Assembly: GCA_000934665.2 (NCBI GenBank)
Contig: KZ538037.1
Coordinates: forward strand, 1-64,000
Length of the DNA stretch: 64,000 bases
Direction of reading: 5' to 3'
Source: Catajapyx aquilonaris
Lineage: Eukaryota
A program made the position numbers and the translations under genes. The notes below the pieces were generated by a model that was given only the letters and a program-made list of their open reading frames with translations, was not told the origin of the DNA and did not search any database. Numbering within the stretch: position 1 is the first letter of the stretch; the number at the start of each line of letters is the position of its first letter. Below are positions 12,901 to 25,900 of this stretch, in pieces.

Positions 12901-15900
12901 ATAGACTGATAATGTAGACTATAACTGTACGGTACTGGAAGGACCCGTATACGCTTACTGTATTAAGGAAAGCTTCACTTTCCAAACGATTATAATATCT
13001 TGTAAGATAATCATGGTACAGTACATACCGTATCAGAAACATATTTTGTGCAAATTATTGAACTTCTCGCGATGTGCGAGGTTGGCACCCAGGTAATAAA
13101 AACAGCGGATTCTCCTATTTATTTATTTTAAATTCGCTGACATGCTCCAGTGATATTGTTGATTGAAATAGTTTGACAGCCTGAACAATATTGATAAGAT
13201 TTTTCAAGAAGAAAATATAGGTCCGATGTGACACACATTGCAATCTCCTCTAATATTAATTTCTCTTCCACTCGCTTCAACTCACACAATATGGTATAGG
13301 TTAAATGGAGTTGGAAGTGCTATATGGGGCAGCTAGTCTTCGAAAAAAATTGGCATTCTTTTGAAGCTTTGACTATTTTGAGAATTGACCCTATTAGTGC
13401 AAGTCGTGTTGCCATATCCGCATTTCTCGCACACTTGCATACAAGCTGCACATAAGGGTGTTTGTTATAACAGTTTTTTTGTCATACAAGCAACAGTTTG
13501 TCACCAATGTTTTGGATCAAGATAGTGGTTTTCTTCCAGGCGCAACATCTGCACGAAAAAATGGATTGGTGTAATTCGGCAAGTGACCTAGCAATTTTGG
13601 ACCACGTCTCAAGTCTGCACTGCAATGGTATGTTCCATTTCATACATTATCGCAATATAACGTTTGTTTCAGAGTTGAGCTCACAAGTACATTTCTTAAA
13701 GGAGGGCAATATTCCCATGTGGGCAGATTATAACTCCTTAAAAATCGTAATGACCATTATGCCCGTATGCCACCACATGTCATGTAATATGCGAGTCAGG
13801 TGCCACATGTCTACGTACGTTATTATGTAGGTTAGTGTGCGCATGTGCACACCCGACACGGGTTTTCCTACGAGGAACTTCCGTACACAACCTCCCTAAC
13901 AACAAAGCCTTATTTTGAGCCACCCCTTGCACACGATACGGCGCTTGATTTTACGATCGTAATTTTGCACTCTCCAGAATGATTGTGGGTTACCTGCATA
14001 TGACAATAGGGCGTCCCACTTGCGCTACACAAAGGGCCAGACTTAACGCACAAACAAGTTGTAGTGATGAAGAGAAGGTTTTTTTTTCCTCTGCAATTTT
14101 TTTTTTAAAAAAGTCGATGCCAAGTTGAGCATCACAGACACGTGCACCAGGGACTATAATTATCGGAGTGTGCTTGCAAGCAACGGTTAGGATATAGGAT
14201 CGTATTCTGTGCCGGACACGAGATTGATTTACAGTCGTTGCCTGCCCGCCCCCTGTGCCTCACCAATATCCTTATCAGGCCCGTATAAATCTTGGGACTC
14301 CCCCCACTGCCTTATACCACACCATCCATCTCTTACACACGAAAAATCTAGTTNCCCCCCCCCCCCCCTAGGACTCACCTTGCTATTATACTGCTGCTGC
14401 TGATGACGTTAAGAGCAGTGTAACCCCCAACTCATTATGGGCCAGCTGCAGACTATGCCTTGGCTGAAGGGAACTTGAAACGATCTGAATTCATTATTGC
14501 GTGCCATGTGAAACTTTGAACGAAATGGGTGCTACTGATTGAGTTCGGTGTAATTGGATTACGGGAGACGACGGAAATATATGGGTTGGTTGGAAGTATC
14601 AATTGTAACCACACTAATGGGGGGTAAAAATAGTGTTGGTTGGTGTAACAATATTGCATGGCATGAAAATAATTGTAAATTTGTAATAATTAGCTTATTG
14701 CAGTATTGAGGTGGTTTCTGCTTGTGGACAATAGCACTATCAGACAGTTTCAGGCCATTAGCGATATGAAATAGCAGAGCCTGTTTGCCAAGCAGCAGAT
14801 ATTTTGGTGTCATCANNNNGGGGGGGGGGGGAAATCATTTCAGATAATATACCGTAATACAAAAATTTAATACTGTATATAGCTGAGTAAGTTTTTATTC
14901 TCATAGCTGTTATTTCAATGTGTTCTATAAATAGTACAAAATATTTTATTCCTCTCAAACATGTTGTGAAATGGTTTGGTCGTCAAGTTTTCCAGCATAA
15001 CGAGAGAATAGTTAGTGCTTTTCTTTATTGCTCCAATCATAGATGAATGGCACTGGCTTCACACAGGTAACAATGACGTTCAATAATGAAACTAAAAGAC
15101 TTGAGACGACAGAATTATTTTCTTGTTGAAGGAATAATCGCGCCTATTATATAGCTATAGTCACACTTATTTGTCACTTCTCATTTTGTTTTACTCTTCT
15201 GACCGTCTGGGTTTTAAGAGGTCTTATGATGCAAATAAAACCTTACGTATATAGTGTAAAAAGTTAGTTATGCTGATGTATGAGGTCTGTTCTGTACAAC
15301 ATATATTGCATGATAGATAATTATGATATTATTTTTACATGAGAAAGTATAGGCCCTATATTTTCTCTCCGGACAAAGAATTCAAATTAGAAGCTTATAT
15401 AATGTACGTTTTTGTAAATTTATTCATAAATCGTTCTCGTGGGCAACAAATGAATAAATAACTAAAATGGAACATACCATTCCGTTGCCATAAATTTAAA
15501 TCTGACAAATCCATGGCTGCAAATTTTTATTGTTTTGCGTCTATATAGTTGCAGTTGATAACGTACAGCTGCGTGGACATTAATATTTGACAACAGCTTG
15601 TGTAAATGAGAGATTATACATTTTAATAATGACATTGCTTGTTATACAATTAAGAAATGTAAGGATTCTAGAGACGTTAAGGAACTGAGATTCTGCATTT
15701 TGTGCGACAATGGCGTTTACTATGCTAAATGTGATGTTAACTTTTGGACACATGCCACAACCGTCGCATGCACTGTATGCCTAGTACATAGGATAATGCA
15801 TTATGTCATTGTTGAAATCAAAATGTGAATATAACTTCACGAGTGAACTTTTAATACAAGCACCCCCAGCGCCATTGCAACCTTGAAAAACTCCAGCATT

Positions 15901-16673
15901 TTTTGTACACCAAGTTAATCGAAAATTTCTGTAAGTGGACCAGTGTAATTTTAGGGTTAGCAAAGCAAAGTGGAAAAGTTGGTGGAATGTGACCTCGCAG
16001 GACTGAAAAAAAAAGCTTTCTGACTGGCTGCAAAATAAAGGGAATAAAATTGCATTCCATTGCTCTCGGCAATGAAGGAGGAGACAGATAACGACCTTTC
16101 CGTGACTGCCATTGGTTCCAGTCGCCTGGAGTCTCCGTCCGAGATGGGTATCAAGCCCCTTCTCTATTAATTTGACTACTATTACTGGTCGGGTCCCGGA
16201 GCACATAAAAGTCCGGGACAAGGCAGCAGAGCTTTAATGAAAGGCGCGGGGGCCGCTTTTTAATCAGCCTTCTTATGCCAAATGTGTGAATCTAGGAAAA
16301 TGTCCGTTGGCTTCGTCCATCCGAAGAGAAAAAGGCGGGTCTCACATTTTCCACGCTCAGATTTTATTGCGAATGCTCCAATCGGATACCCTTGATTTGA
16401 CTTTCTAATGGCCCCGTGCTCTTAAGACCTCAAAAAAGAAGAGCCGCTTGCTCCATTCTTTACATTCATCGCTAGTTTTCTCCTGCATGTCCTAACTTTC
16501 TGGCATGCTTGAACTGTTTTTAAATTAATAGTGTATGAAAGTTCGTTAAATTTTTTTGGGGGGGTCTGATTCGGTCAAAAGTGAGGGATTAATTAAATTT
16601 TTTGGCAAGAGTCATGAAGAGTTGTTGGAATTGCCCGGATGATATTTGTATGCTTTGTTAAAATTTGATGCAG

Positions 16674-16904
16674 GAGGGTGTTTCCGAGCTATCTTTACAA
16701 ACTTCTAGGGGTAATAGAGGGGACCAAGACAAACATATTTCATATAGGAACCAGTGTCCGTAAATGCGCCTGAGCACACCCGTTCCTTGTCTATGAACCC
16801 CCTCTAGATGGCGTTTTTGGACACGGGTTCTTATGTGAAATATGTTTGTCTTAGTCCCCTATATTACCCCTAGAAGTTTGTAAAGTTAGCTCGTAAACAC
16901 CTTG
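16674..16904. mobile_element. Tc1/mariner-type MITE with ~95-bp TIRs
   Basis: ggtgtttccgagctatctttacaaacttctaggggtaatagaggggaccaagacaaacatatttcat... nearly identical to the reverse complement of 16810-16904, which ends caccttg|TA. Confidence 0.92.
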
Positions 16905-19900
16905 TATACCGTATACGGTACAGAAGGATGTTTTTGTACGAATCATCTGTTATATTTACACCTACAAAATATGGATATTTATGAGTGTGTTTACAGTATA
17001 TGCAAATGACCGTCTTTGTAGGTGCAGCATAAATGCTCAATATCAGAATAATCTACCGTTATGAGATGTCATTAGCCTGGATGATTTTGTCGCCTTGATT
17101 ATTCACACTCAAGTGACACTGTAATAAGTAATGCATTACTGAAGCATATATTTTTCAAGATTGCGTGTTTGTGTTTAGCCAGGAAAGATTTTATGCTACG
17201 CGTATTAATCACGAATATTCCTCTCGCATAAACACATCAGGATTTTATCCCCTTGTTCTCTTAATTTTTTTGTCATACTGTAGTTATTCGGGGGGGATCA
17301 AAAGGGAGTTTGTTTGTCGGAGCTGAAGTTCCTGCATTGATTTATGCTGATAGGTGATAGGCCTAAAAGACCCACCAAGATAATTCCCCGATGAAAGTGG
17401 AACGCAGGAAATTTACGAGGCCCATAACATTCAATCAGGCTTAAAGCGCCGTCTCAAATTTCAACTCAAATAAACTAATACAAGCGACATTCATGGACCA
17501 CTCTTATATAAATATATGGTGGCAAGAATAGAACCCAGCTCTGAACATATAATTTTACATGCATTAAAAATCATAAAAACGAGCAGAATTTTGGCGCCAA
17601 CCATAACACAAGTTTGGAAAACCGCCGTTGGATGGAGCCAGGTGCTCTGAAATCGTATCCGACATAAAATAATTTCTTACAATAGAAGCTTGGAACAAGG
17701 TGCGGCTTTTAAAAAAATGTTGAAAAAAAAAGTCTTGAAGGATGCCTAGTTTACGATAGCAGACTACATGGGGTGGGCTTATTGGCGTCGGCTTGAGATT
17801 GGGACCTTGCCTAGCACTCGACTCGTGAATCAAGCACCGGAGACGTGCTTTCAGCTCGACTCCCGAATAAAATCCCAGGCCTGCCTCCATATTTCAAATG
17901 AGTTGGGAGATCCCCCGCCAAGGGAAAGCCCCCCGACAGCCATAGGCTCAACCCCCAACCAAGACATATACTACCGGGAGAGCTCAACCTGAATTGTGTT
18001 CTAGGACTGCTGTCTTGTCCTCAATTTTATTTCAGGTAGATAAATTCGATTGCTGCCCGCCTTGCAAATTCACAAAGGCACCTTGGGTTGCCAGACACCT
18101 CAAGGTTGACTTTGGTGTAGAATCATCCCTCAGGAGTGGACAGTGTTGTAAATCAAGTGGGGTTGACAAAAAAAATGTAATGGAAATGTAGGCTGCATGC
18201 TAAGCAATGGCGGCCATCAGTGTATAAAGCACGTTTGTTAGTAGTAGGTGCGGAGTCGTATTTTAGGTGAGTTTAATGAAGCTTCACTTTTTTGGCATAT
18301 GAACCCACCTGCACCCATTTAGTTATGGAATGTAATATATTGGTAAGGTTACGCCTGCTTTTAGCTGACCATTAAGAGGCCATACCTGCGCTTTTGTTAC
18401 AAGTAGTGCACACACTTAGGACATAACGTTTCTAATAATGCATAAGTAATACGATGTGAAATCAGCAGTTCAGAAATTTGGTGTACTTGTTATTTTTATA
18501 TACCGGACTGATGTACATAAAACAACGATTTTTTTGATAAGTAAGATAGGCTCCTAATGAGGTGAATGTAGCAGTTCCTAGCACGAGGACAAACAGGGTT
18601 GTTTTTAGTCGAGGCATCGAAGGAAAGGGGAAGGTACACCCAATTCTAGTGACCATAAAATTAAATGTGAGAATTGAAGGAGCCAAACTACTGGCTGTGG
18701 GTCTACACAATGATGGTGACGGGTTGAGGTGAAGGGTGGGGGTCTTGATAGTATCGTGACGGTCATTGCCTGCGACCAATTTACGCTGGGGGATGGCCAC
18801 GATTACTACTCATCATTCTTACGAGTCTCGGATCGCGCCACCTTTGTACCTAGTTAATTTGAATGCTAATGATGCACTAAATAGTTTAGCATATTCATGG
18901 GACATAAAGTGAAATTTATGTACGTATATAGGTGGTGATGGGTTAGGGAGGATGGGATTTGGGGGGGGGGGGTATGTGTATGGCCACCTTCTATATGGGG
19001 GGAAGAGGGATGGGAGGTTAGGGGATATTGAAAAGCTCAATGTCTGGGAATTGGAAGGTGAGTATAGAAGTGAGATTGAATGGAAGCAAGCAGGGGGTAC
19101 TTACAAGATTCCGTTGCTGGTAGATGTCCTGCATGTGAGCAGACCAATTGTGTGCTCCGGTCCTGCTGGTCGTGGCAGAAGCACAGGGTCCATTGCAACA
19201 TTAGAGGGGGGACTCACAGAACCTACGGCCTCCTAAAAGTCATTTTCTGCTGTAAAAATCGCCTCACCACCCCCTCCTCACCTTCGACTGCGAGTCTTCC
19301 TTCTCTCCTTTGGCTTCCCATATACTTAGTGTCTCTTTTTTATTGCCCTTATGCGTCTTTTGAGAGGTCGACGGTTTTCCCAGGGCAATTGTATAGGACA
19401 TTCCCTGACATGGACAATGCAGCCCCATGAGCAGCACTGGGATGCCTGCAACACAGTGCTTTGAGGGTAATTTTTTTTAACAAAATGGAAGCATATTAAA
19501 CTGACACAAAATTTGAGTGGAAGGCTAGCTCATGTCATAAATAGTACAATTTTGCTAATCATGTTTCTAAAAAGTGAATGAAATTAGCCAGAACGCCAGA
19601 CATTGTGTTTGAGCTATAGTTACACGGAGGGTGTAAGTTTAATTTCTTTTTTAGTTGGAATATTTTGATCGTGTGTAATAATCATGTGTAAAGTAAGACA
19701 ATGTTTTGGGTATTAGGAGCATGTGAATCAATGCGTATACCCTTACACGACTCTATAGCTTACAGCAGCAGACTTTCATGGCTTTGGTTGCTAAACATAT
19801 TTCTGAGTTGATTTTGTTACAAAATGTGTAATTTTATGGATTGCAACTCCCCCCCCCCCCAATACTTATATGCTTCTCAGTATTTCAGATTGCATTTGTA

Positions 19901-21650
19901 TGAAGTAATTTTTAACAATATTATTGTTTATATAAGTAACTTCTGTAGAAACTGTAAAAATTCTTCCATAGCGACACAGTGAACTATAAATTTACATTCA
20001 TAATCATAATTATATGCATGCTGCTCAATAGAAAGTGAAAGGTCTTATTTGCGTGACTGATTTCATTATCCCACACAGTATATCTCTATATACAGAATCT
20101 AATATGCCAGCCCACTGTCACCTACTTGGGTGGGGTAACTTGGTGCCACCCATGGCTTTTCCCCGGTGCACAAGGGAGTAGAGTAGGAGACTAAAGACAG
20201 TGTGTCTCTTGAGCCAGACGTGATCATGATTTAGTCTGGAAAATAAATCGTGTCGTGTCAAGAATGTGTCTGCCCAGCTTCTTTGTCCGAATTGCATCAA
20301 AAGAACCTCCTGTGGTGCTTTTTCAGATAATCCTCATATGGACCTTGCTTTCTGGCGCAGCCTGGTTGAAGTTGTTACATGGCTACACACATGTATCCAT
20401 TTATGTAATTAGGTAAATTTCAACCAGATTATGTGTATGGCCTACTACGTGTAAGAAACAATGCTGTAACACCTATATACAACAACAGCAACTGCCGAGT
20501 GCTGCTGTAAGTGAAGCAATCGATAGGAAGAGTAGTGGTGTCATGCGCCCCCATTGTTGCCTTTGATGGCTTTGTCTTCCCATGTGCCTCCAATCCTCCA
20601 ATTATACTACAGTGCTTTTATGAGATCGTTGGTGCAGGAGCGAAGAGTATAGCCAGAGCCTTTCTCCGCTGCTGCTCCATACCATCACCCAGGACCCATC
20701 CTCTCCTCCTTCCTGCCCCATTACTCCAACCCTATTTTCTCCTCTGCTGCAGCATCTTTGCCCCCCTTTTCCACCTTATCCCGGTTTTATTGCGCGTTCA
20801 CCGGACCGACCGATCATAACATTGTCACTCCAATCCTTCTTGGCTGCTTCCAGACTGTACGACTCTGGCACAACTGCAGGTTATTTGGGACCATGCTGCT
20901 GGTGGGTTGCAGACTGTAATGCATTGCAGGCGCATCTTGAGAGGAAAGACGTTATTTTTTTTCTTCATCCTTTTGGGCCATAAAAAGAGAGATTGTGTGG
21001 AAAAAAGGCGGGCAATTGGAGCGAGGAACAAAGCGGCTGAGAGAGAGATGGAGAATGTTGCTGGGAGACTATAATGGGAGCTTCTTAATGGCCTAGGCAT
21101 GTTTCTTTAGTCCTTTACGCTTGTGCTCGTTTTCCTCTGTCCTGCCACGTATCACTGCCCCCATCGTCTATAAAAAACAAGTTTCATTTGTCAGAAAAAT
21201 GCTGCTCTCCAAGCTCCCAGATGGAAAGTCTTTGCTCAGCCAAGTTTTGATAAGCCCATCAGAAAAGTTTTGGACATGTTGTCCCCTCCCATCACCCCAG
21301 TTGGCCGGGCTGCGATTCGGACTGGAAACGAGGAAGCCCCAAGAAGGAAATAAATGGCCAGGGACGTCCACAATAAATTCCATTCCGTGCTGCAGCAGCA
21401 GACGTCGGACTGGTCATAAAGAGAAGTCCTCTACCGTAAGTCCAGGCGAGCTGTGCTGATGCTTCCTACCTCTTTTCGGGTTTATTTTGCCTTTTGTGCA
21501 ACGCAAGCGTATGAGGTATGATAAAATTATTGTTAAGGCTGAATACTGTATATAGGACTGTAGTAAAACATAGTGATAGTATTATGACAATTTTCACCAT
21601 ACTTTGAAGACTATAGCCTTCAGATGACCGAGAAAATTAAAGACACTCAT

Positions 21651-21651
<1 letters not shown>

Positions 21652-21712
<61 letters not shown>
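21652..21712 (+). repeat. (TAA)n microsatellite (SINE tail)
   Basis: About 20 perfect units. Confidence 0.98.
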
Positions 21713-21988
21713 TCATACCTCGTTATCAGCCATCAGCTCTTAAGGAGGGAAGTTTGTTTTGCCTGGAACTCTTTGCTTTCGTTTTACTGTGCTCTTTGGG
21801 ATAGGATAGGGACGGAGGGAAGCGGCTGTGGCCTATTATTTACGGAAGCAAAAACTCCGGAATTTTCCTGGGAGGACCGTGGGAAACCACAGAAAACCAT
21901 GGTCAGAGTTGCCGGCCCCGGGATTTGATCCCAGGACCTCCCGATTAGCAGTCGGACACCATACCCCCTACTCCAAACTGCTTCGGTC
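21653..21988 (-). mobile_element. tRNA-derived SINE (minus strand) with (TTA)n tail and 18-bp TSD
   Basis: Perfect TSD aattaaagacactcatgt at 21635-21652 and 21989-22006; minus strand starts gaccgaagcagtttggagtagggg (A-box-like) ... gggatcaaatccc (B-box-like); simple-repeat tail at 21652-21712. Confidence 0.93.
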
Positions 21989-22314
21989 AATTAAAGACAC
22001 TCATGTCATATACACTTAGGGCGGTGAATATAATTATAGACTAGGTGTACCAAAATGGAATATAGAAATGTTGAGTAATTTTTCTTGCATCAGCGTATAG
22101 CAGGATGGGGACAATAGAGGTGTATCTGATGTATTTCATTGTCAACGTAGGAAAATATGACTGGAAGTATATGAAATGATTTGAATTATATGTTGAGTGT
22201 GGTGTAGTCTATTTTATACTATTTCTATAGACTATCTAGGGATATGATTAAGCCTAAACGTCATTTTGTGTGCATGAATGTGCCTGCGAAAGTTGGCTTC
22301 AGCTGAATATGCTG

Positions 22315-22449
22315 GTTTCAGTACCTCAAGTATACAATTCGTGTTGATATTAATATCAACACGAATGGTATATACTTGAGGTACTGAAACTGGTTGCCAC
22401 AAAGCTACCATGAGGAATATTCCTCATAGTAGCTTTGTGGCAACCAGTT
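22315..22449. repeat. Two abutting spacer-less palindromes
   Basis: 22315-22390 centred on gatatt|aatatc (one 2-nt indel, one mismatch); 22388-22449 centred on gaat|attc (31-bp arms, one mismatch). Confidence 0.95.
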
Positions 22450-22579
22450 GCTAATTTTTATTTTTCAATAATGAAGAAACAACACCAACGAAATCGTATC
22501 TTTGTTAACATCTGCATAAATATAGTTATGGAGAATCATCAATAATATGCTTATCGATATGTTATGATCTTCTTATGTG

Positions 22580-22940
22580 CATGGTGGTTCTCGACCCTAT
22601 TTGGCGGTCCGTATAGTGTGTCAACGGTGGTAAGTTGATGGATTAGATGTAAACTAACTGCCATATTGCACATTGATTGATTGTTGCGGAATATTTCTTG
22701 AAAATGGTTGAGGCGTTCCTTGCTTATTCCTGACTTATTTATTGCTTTAGTAATGTATGCACTAGGGAAATGACATATTTTCGTCTTAAACTATATTTTT
22801 AAATATTCCGCAATAATCGAACAATATGCAAATACACCGAAAAGATGGCCGCCGAGTGAGATGACATTGCTAAGGGGTGACTAATCCATCAGCCAACACA
22901 ACCGTTGCCATGCTTTTGACTTGGGTAGTGTACCATCCTG
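22580..22940. mobile_element. MITE family A, copy 2 (long foldback)
   Basis: caacggtggtaagttgatggattag inverted to ctaatccatcagccaacacaaccgttg; inner pair tattgcacattgattgattgttgcggaatattt / aaatattccgcaataatcgaacaatatgcaaata; right end gggtagtgtaccatcctg resembles that of copy 1. Confidence 0.75.
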
Positions 22941-25900
22941 TCTATTTGTGTAATGTTGGATTCCAAATTATTGTATCGCAACGTTACAATAATGATGATC
23001 CATGAGCGGGATATGTTCACATGAGCCTATACAGCAGCGGCGCTTAATGTGCTAACTTATTTTTGTCGTTTGTCAATCCGCATGTCTCTATACAGTATAG
23101 ACTGCCATCATAACTGCTGGGTTTTCTATTTTCAATGCAGTGATTAATGTCACGACGGCGGTATGAATAATTATTATCTTAGGCCACGGAATGTCGGGTG
23201 GTTCGGCAAGGGAGGACGCGAGGACCATAATTAGTTTTATGTAGAACTACGAATGAAATTCGCAATAATAGGCTAGGCCCTCCAAAGTTATGTAAAATAC
23301 TGTATATTACCCTATCCTGGAATGCACCTGTTTGTTGTAAATAAAACTGTAGTTCCACTTCTATTGTTACACGATGGTGTCACATAGTTTTTAGTCACAG
23401 TTTTCCACTTCACAGCAGGTCCCATCCCTCTGTAGAACATAAGCTTACTTTCTCCTGCGGAAAGAAGAGCAACAAGAGCCAAAATGACACTATATAAAAA
23501 TGTCTGAAACAGGCTTCTAAAAGAGATGATGCTTTACTTACCATCCTATAGGTTATGTGAGGGGCAGTGCGGCACCTATATAGTGGAAAATAAAGTATAG
23601 CCTATATAAGACCCTATAAGTTATAGGCCTACTTATGGGTCTACACTGCACCTAAAAATCTTTTACCCACGCCCTCGAGAAGTGGTCAAAAATGGCCGCT
23701 ACTATAATATAATATAATATACTAGATTTAGAAATGTTACTAATAACTTATACTAAAATCACACAGCTGATCCCGTTGACAATCCAGCTGGGTTCACAGT
23801 CATGAGCTTTGTGGTTGTCTTTCGTCTCTGTTGCTGTGTAGACTGAAGTTGGTTATACCACCCTCCAGAACTCACACTAACCTGTTAGTTTCGCTCTATA
23901 TCGATCTAGTCGCGAGCTAGCCCCATATCGGTTGGAATGAATTTTCTGGAGTCCTGCCCCCAAGCCATTTTGCACTTATAGCCTAACTCATTGGTTCATT
24001 TATGATTGAAAACGCCCCAAATACATGATGGTTGACTGTAAACACACGCTCCAATATGATCTACATAAATATTGCCGATTTAGCAACACCCAAATTCATG
24101 ATGGCTGCTGTTGACGACTCTCCTATTGGCTAAGCGCTAAGTTCAAATGCTGAAATCTTGCCGCATAAATGACGAAAGTCGCGTGCATTCGTATACCTGT
24201 CATCACCTTCAGCTCACAATAATTGCCTATAGTATGATATAGGCCAACAGAAATAAACAGTCTTTTTCGTTACCTGAACATGTTTTCCTATACTTGGGCC
24301 CGTATTGTTTCAAAATGTACAGAAGCTTTGGAACTTTCCTTTCTGCCAATTGTTTTTGCAATACATTCTCATTGTAATTGGATGGCTTTGATGAAACATG
24401 TTAAACAAGTTACATATTTGTCACGTTTGTTTTAAAGCTTCTTAGAATAGTAAACTGGAAGGTTTTATGCGACCATACCGATTGAGCCTCCTGCAAAGGG
24501 TTAATGGTGTTGAACCGCAAGAGGTGTGAAAAATAATTCTGGTAGCAAAATATACGACCAGGACTTAACAAATGACGATGTTTTATACTAACCGAATCAA
24601 GTCTATACATTGAGTTTGGGTGTGGCCCGTGCCGTACAGTTCTCAGCGGTCAAAACCTGTCGCGGCAAAATGGGTTGCAAATCCCCTCGAAGTGCAAGTG
24701 CAGCGCCTCTCTTACTTTATTACTACAGTTAAGACACTCCTGGACAATAAACTAAGTAGTTTCCACAATAAAGCGGAGAACGATTAAGGCAAACAACGTT
24801 AGGCTTATTACAACAGGTTAAGGAACTTTTATGATAGTAGTGCACATGTCTGGTCGGCCAGAGAAATTCCAGTGATGCGCGGCGCGATGTGCGGGTGTTA
24901 AATTAGTAATTCGCCCCCCTCTGCTTACGGGCAAAAAGAGAGAAGGTTAGGTAATAAACTGTTAGCCTGAAGATTACAATCGCTCCTGTTTATAAACCGC
25001 ACACCGAGAACAAGTAAGCTGGGAAGGAACCATTAATTTCCGATTTAGGTGACGATCTTTTGGCGACGTTCACTTATCTCAGAATTCATTGTTGTTTTCT
25101 CCCACCGGTCACCACAAACTGATGGTCAGCTTTTGTGGAGTCAAAAGGACAGCGGCGGGTCTAGGAAACAAGGCAGTCTTGTGCCGAGATAATCCGATAA
25201 GCCTGCAATATCAACCTATTAGGCCTCATTGTTTTAAGTGGGAACATTTTTATGGCTGCTTTATTGTCTCTCGCTTGAGCGAAAAGTGCTCTTAACCCCC
25301 CTACAACACTTTACCGGCCATGGTGTCGACTCCTTCCCGGGAACTTTTGAATCGGCAATGTACCTCGATGCTGAAGAAGACATGTCCCAAGCGGTTGGAA
25401 GGGTCCAACAATGCCCTGCAATAAAAGAGAAAGGGGAGGGAGGTTCTTCAGGGACTCCTCAGTGGCAAGTTCTGCAAAAAATATATATTGAGAAAGAAGA
25501 AAAGGTTAGAAAAGGTGGGTTGGCTATCCTAGTCGGGACAAGGGGATAATTAAATGTCTGTCCATGTATGCCAGTGGATCACGTGGTACCCTCTGAAAGC
25601 CAATGGGCTGGGCTCCAGATTGACCGTGACAGAGGGAGAGGGGGAAAAAAAAAGAAGAAATGGAGGCTGCATATGTAAGGGGAGTGGGGTAGAGGAGCGT
25701 GTTACTTTGCTCAGCTGCGCCATCTGGAGCTGTTTGTTACCCGGCTTCGTCTCGATATCAGCACCTGTACTTGGGTAAGCGCCATTTTTTTTTCTCCCGT
25801 TGTCCCAAGTCTCTCGAAGAATGAGCTGGAGTAATTAGGGCAGAAGAAGGGGGTGGGGTAGAGTCCTGCTCTCCCTCAAGGGCGAAGAATTGCCGCCCTC

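Noticed and set aside
14354..14832. N bases beside poly-C/poly-G runs (also 38401 and 60211)
   Set aside because: Consensus uncertainty at homopolymers, not biology.
15781..16221. 146-aa ORF
   Set aside because: No domain similarity or evident splice structure; overlaps other spurious ORFs.
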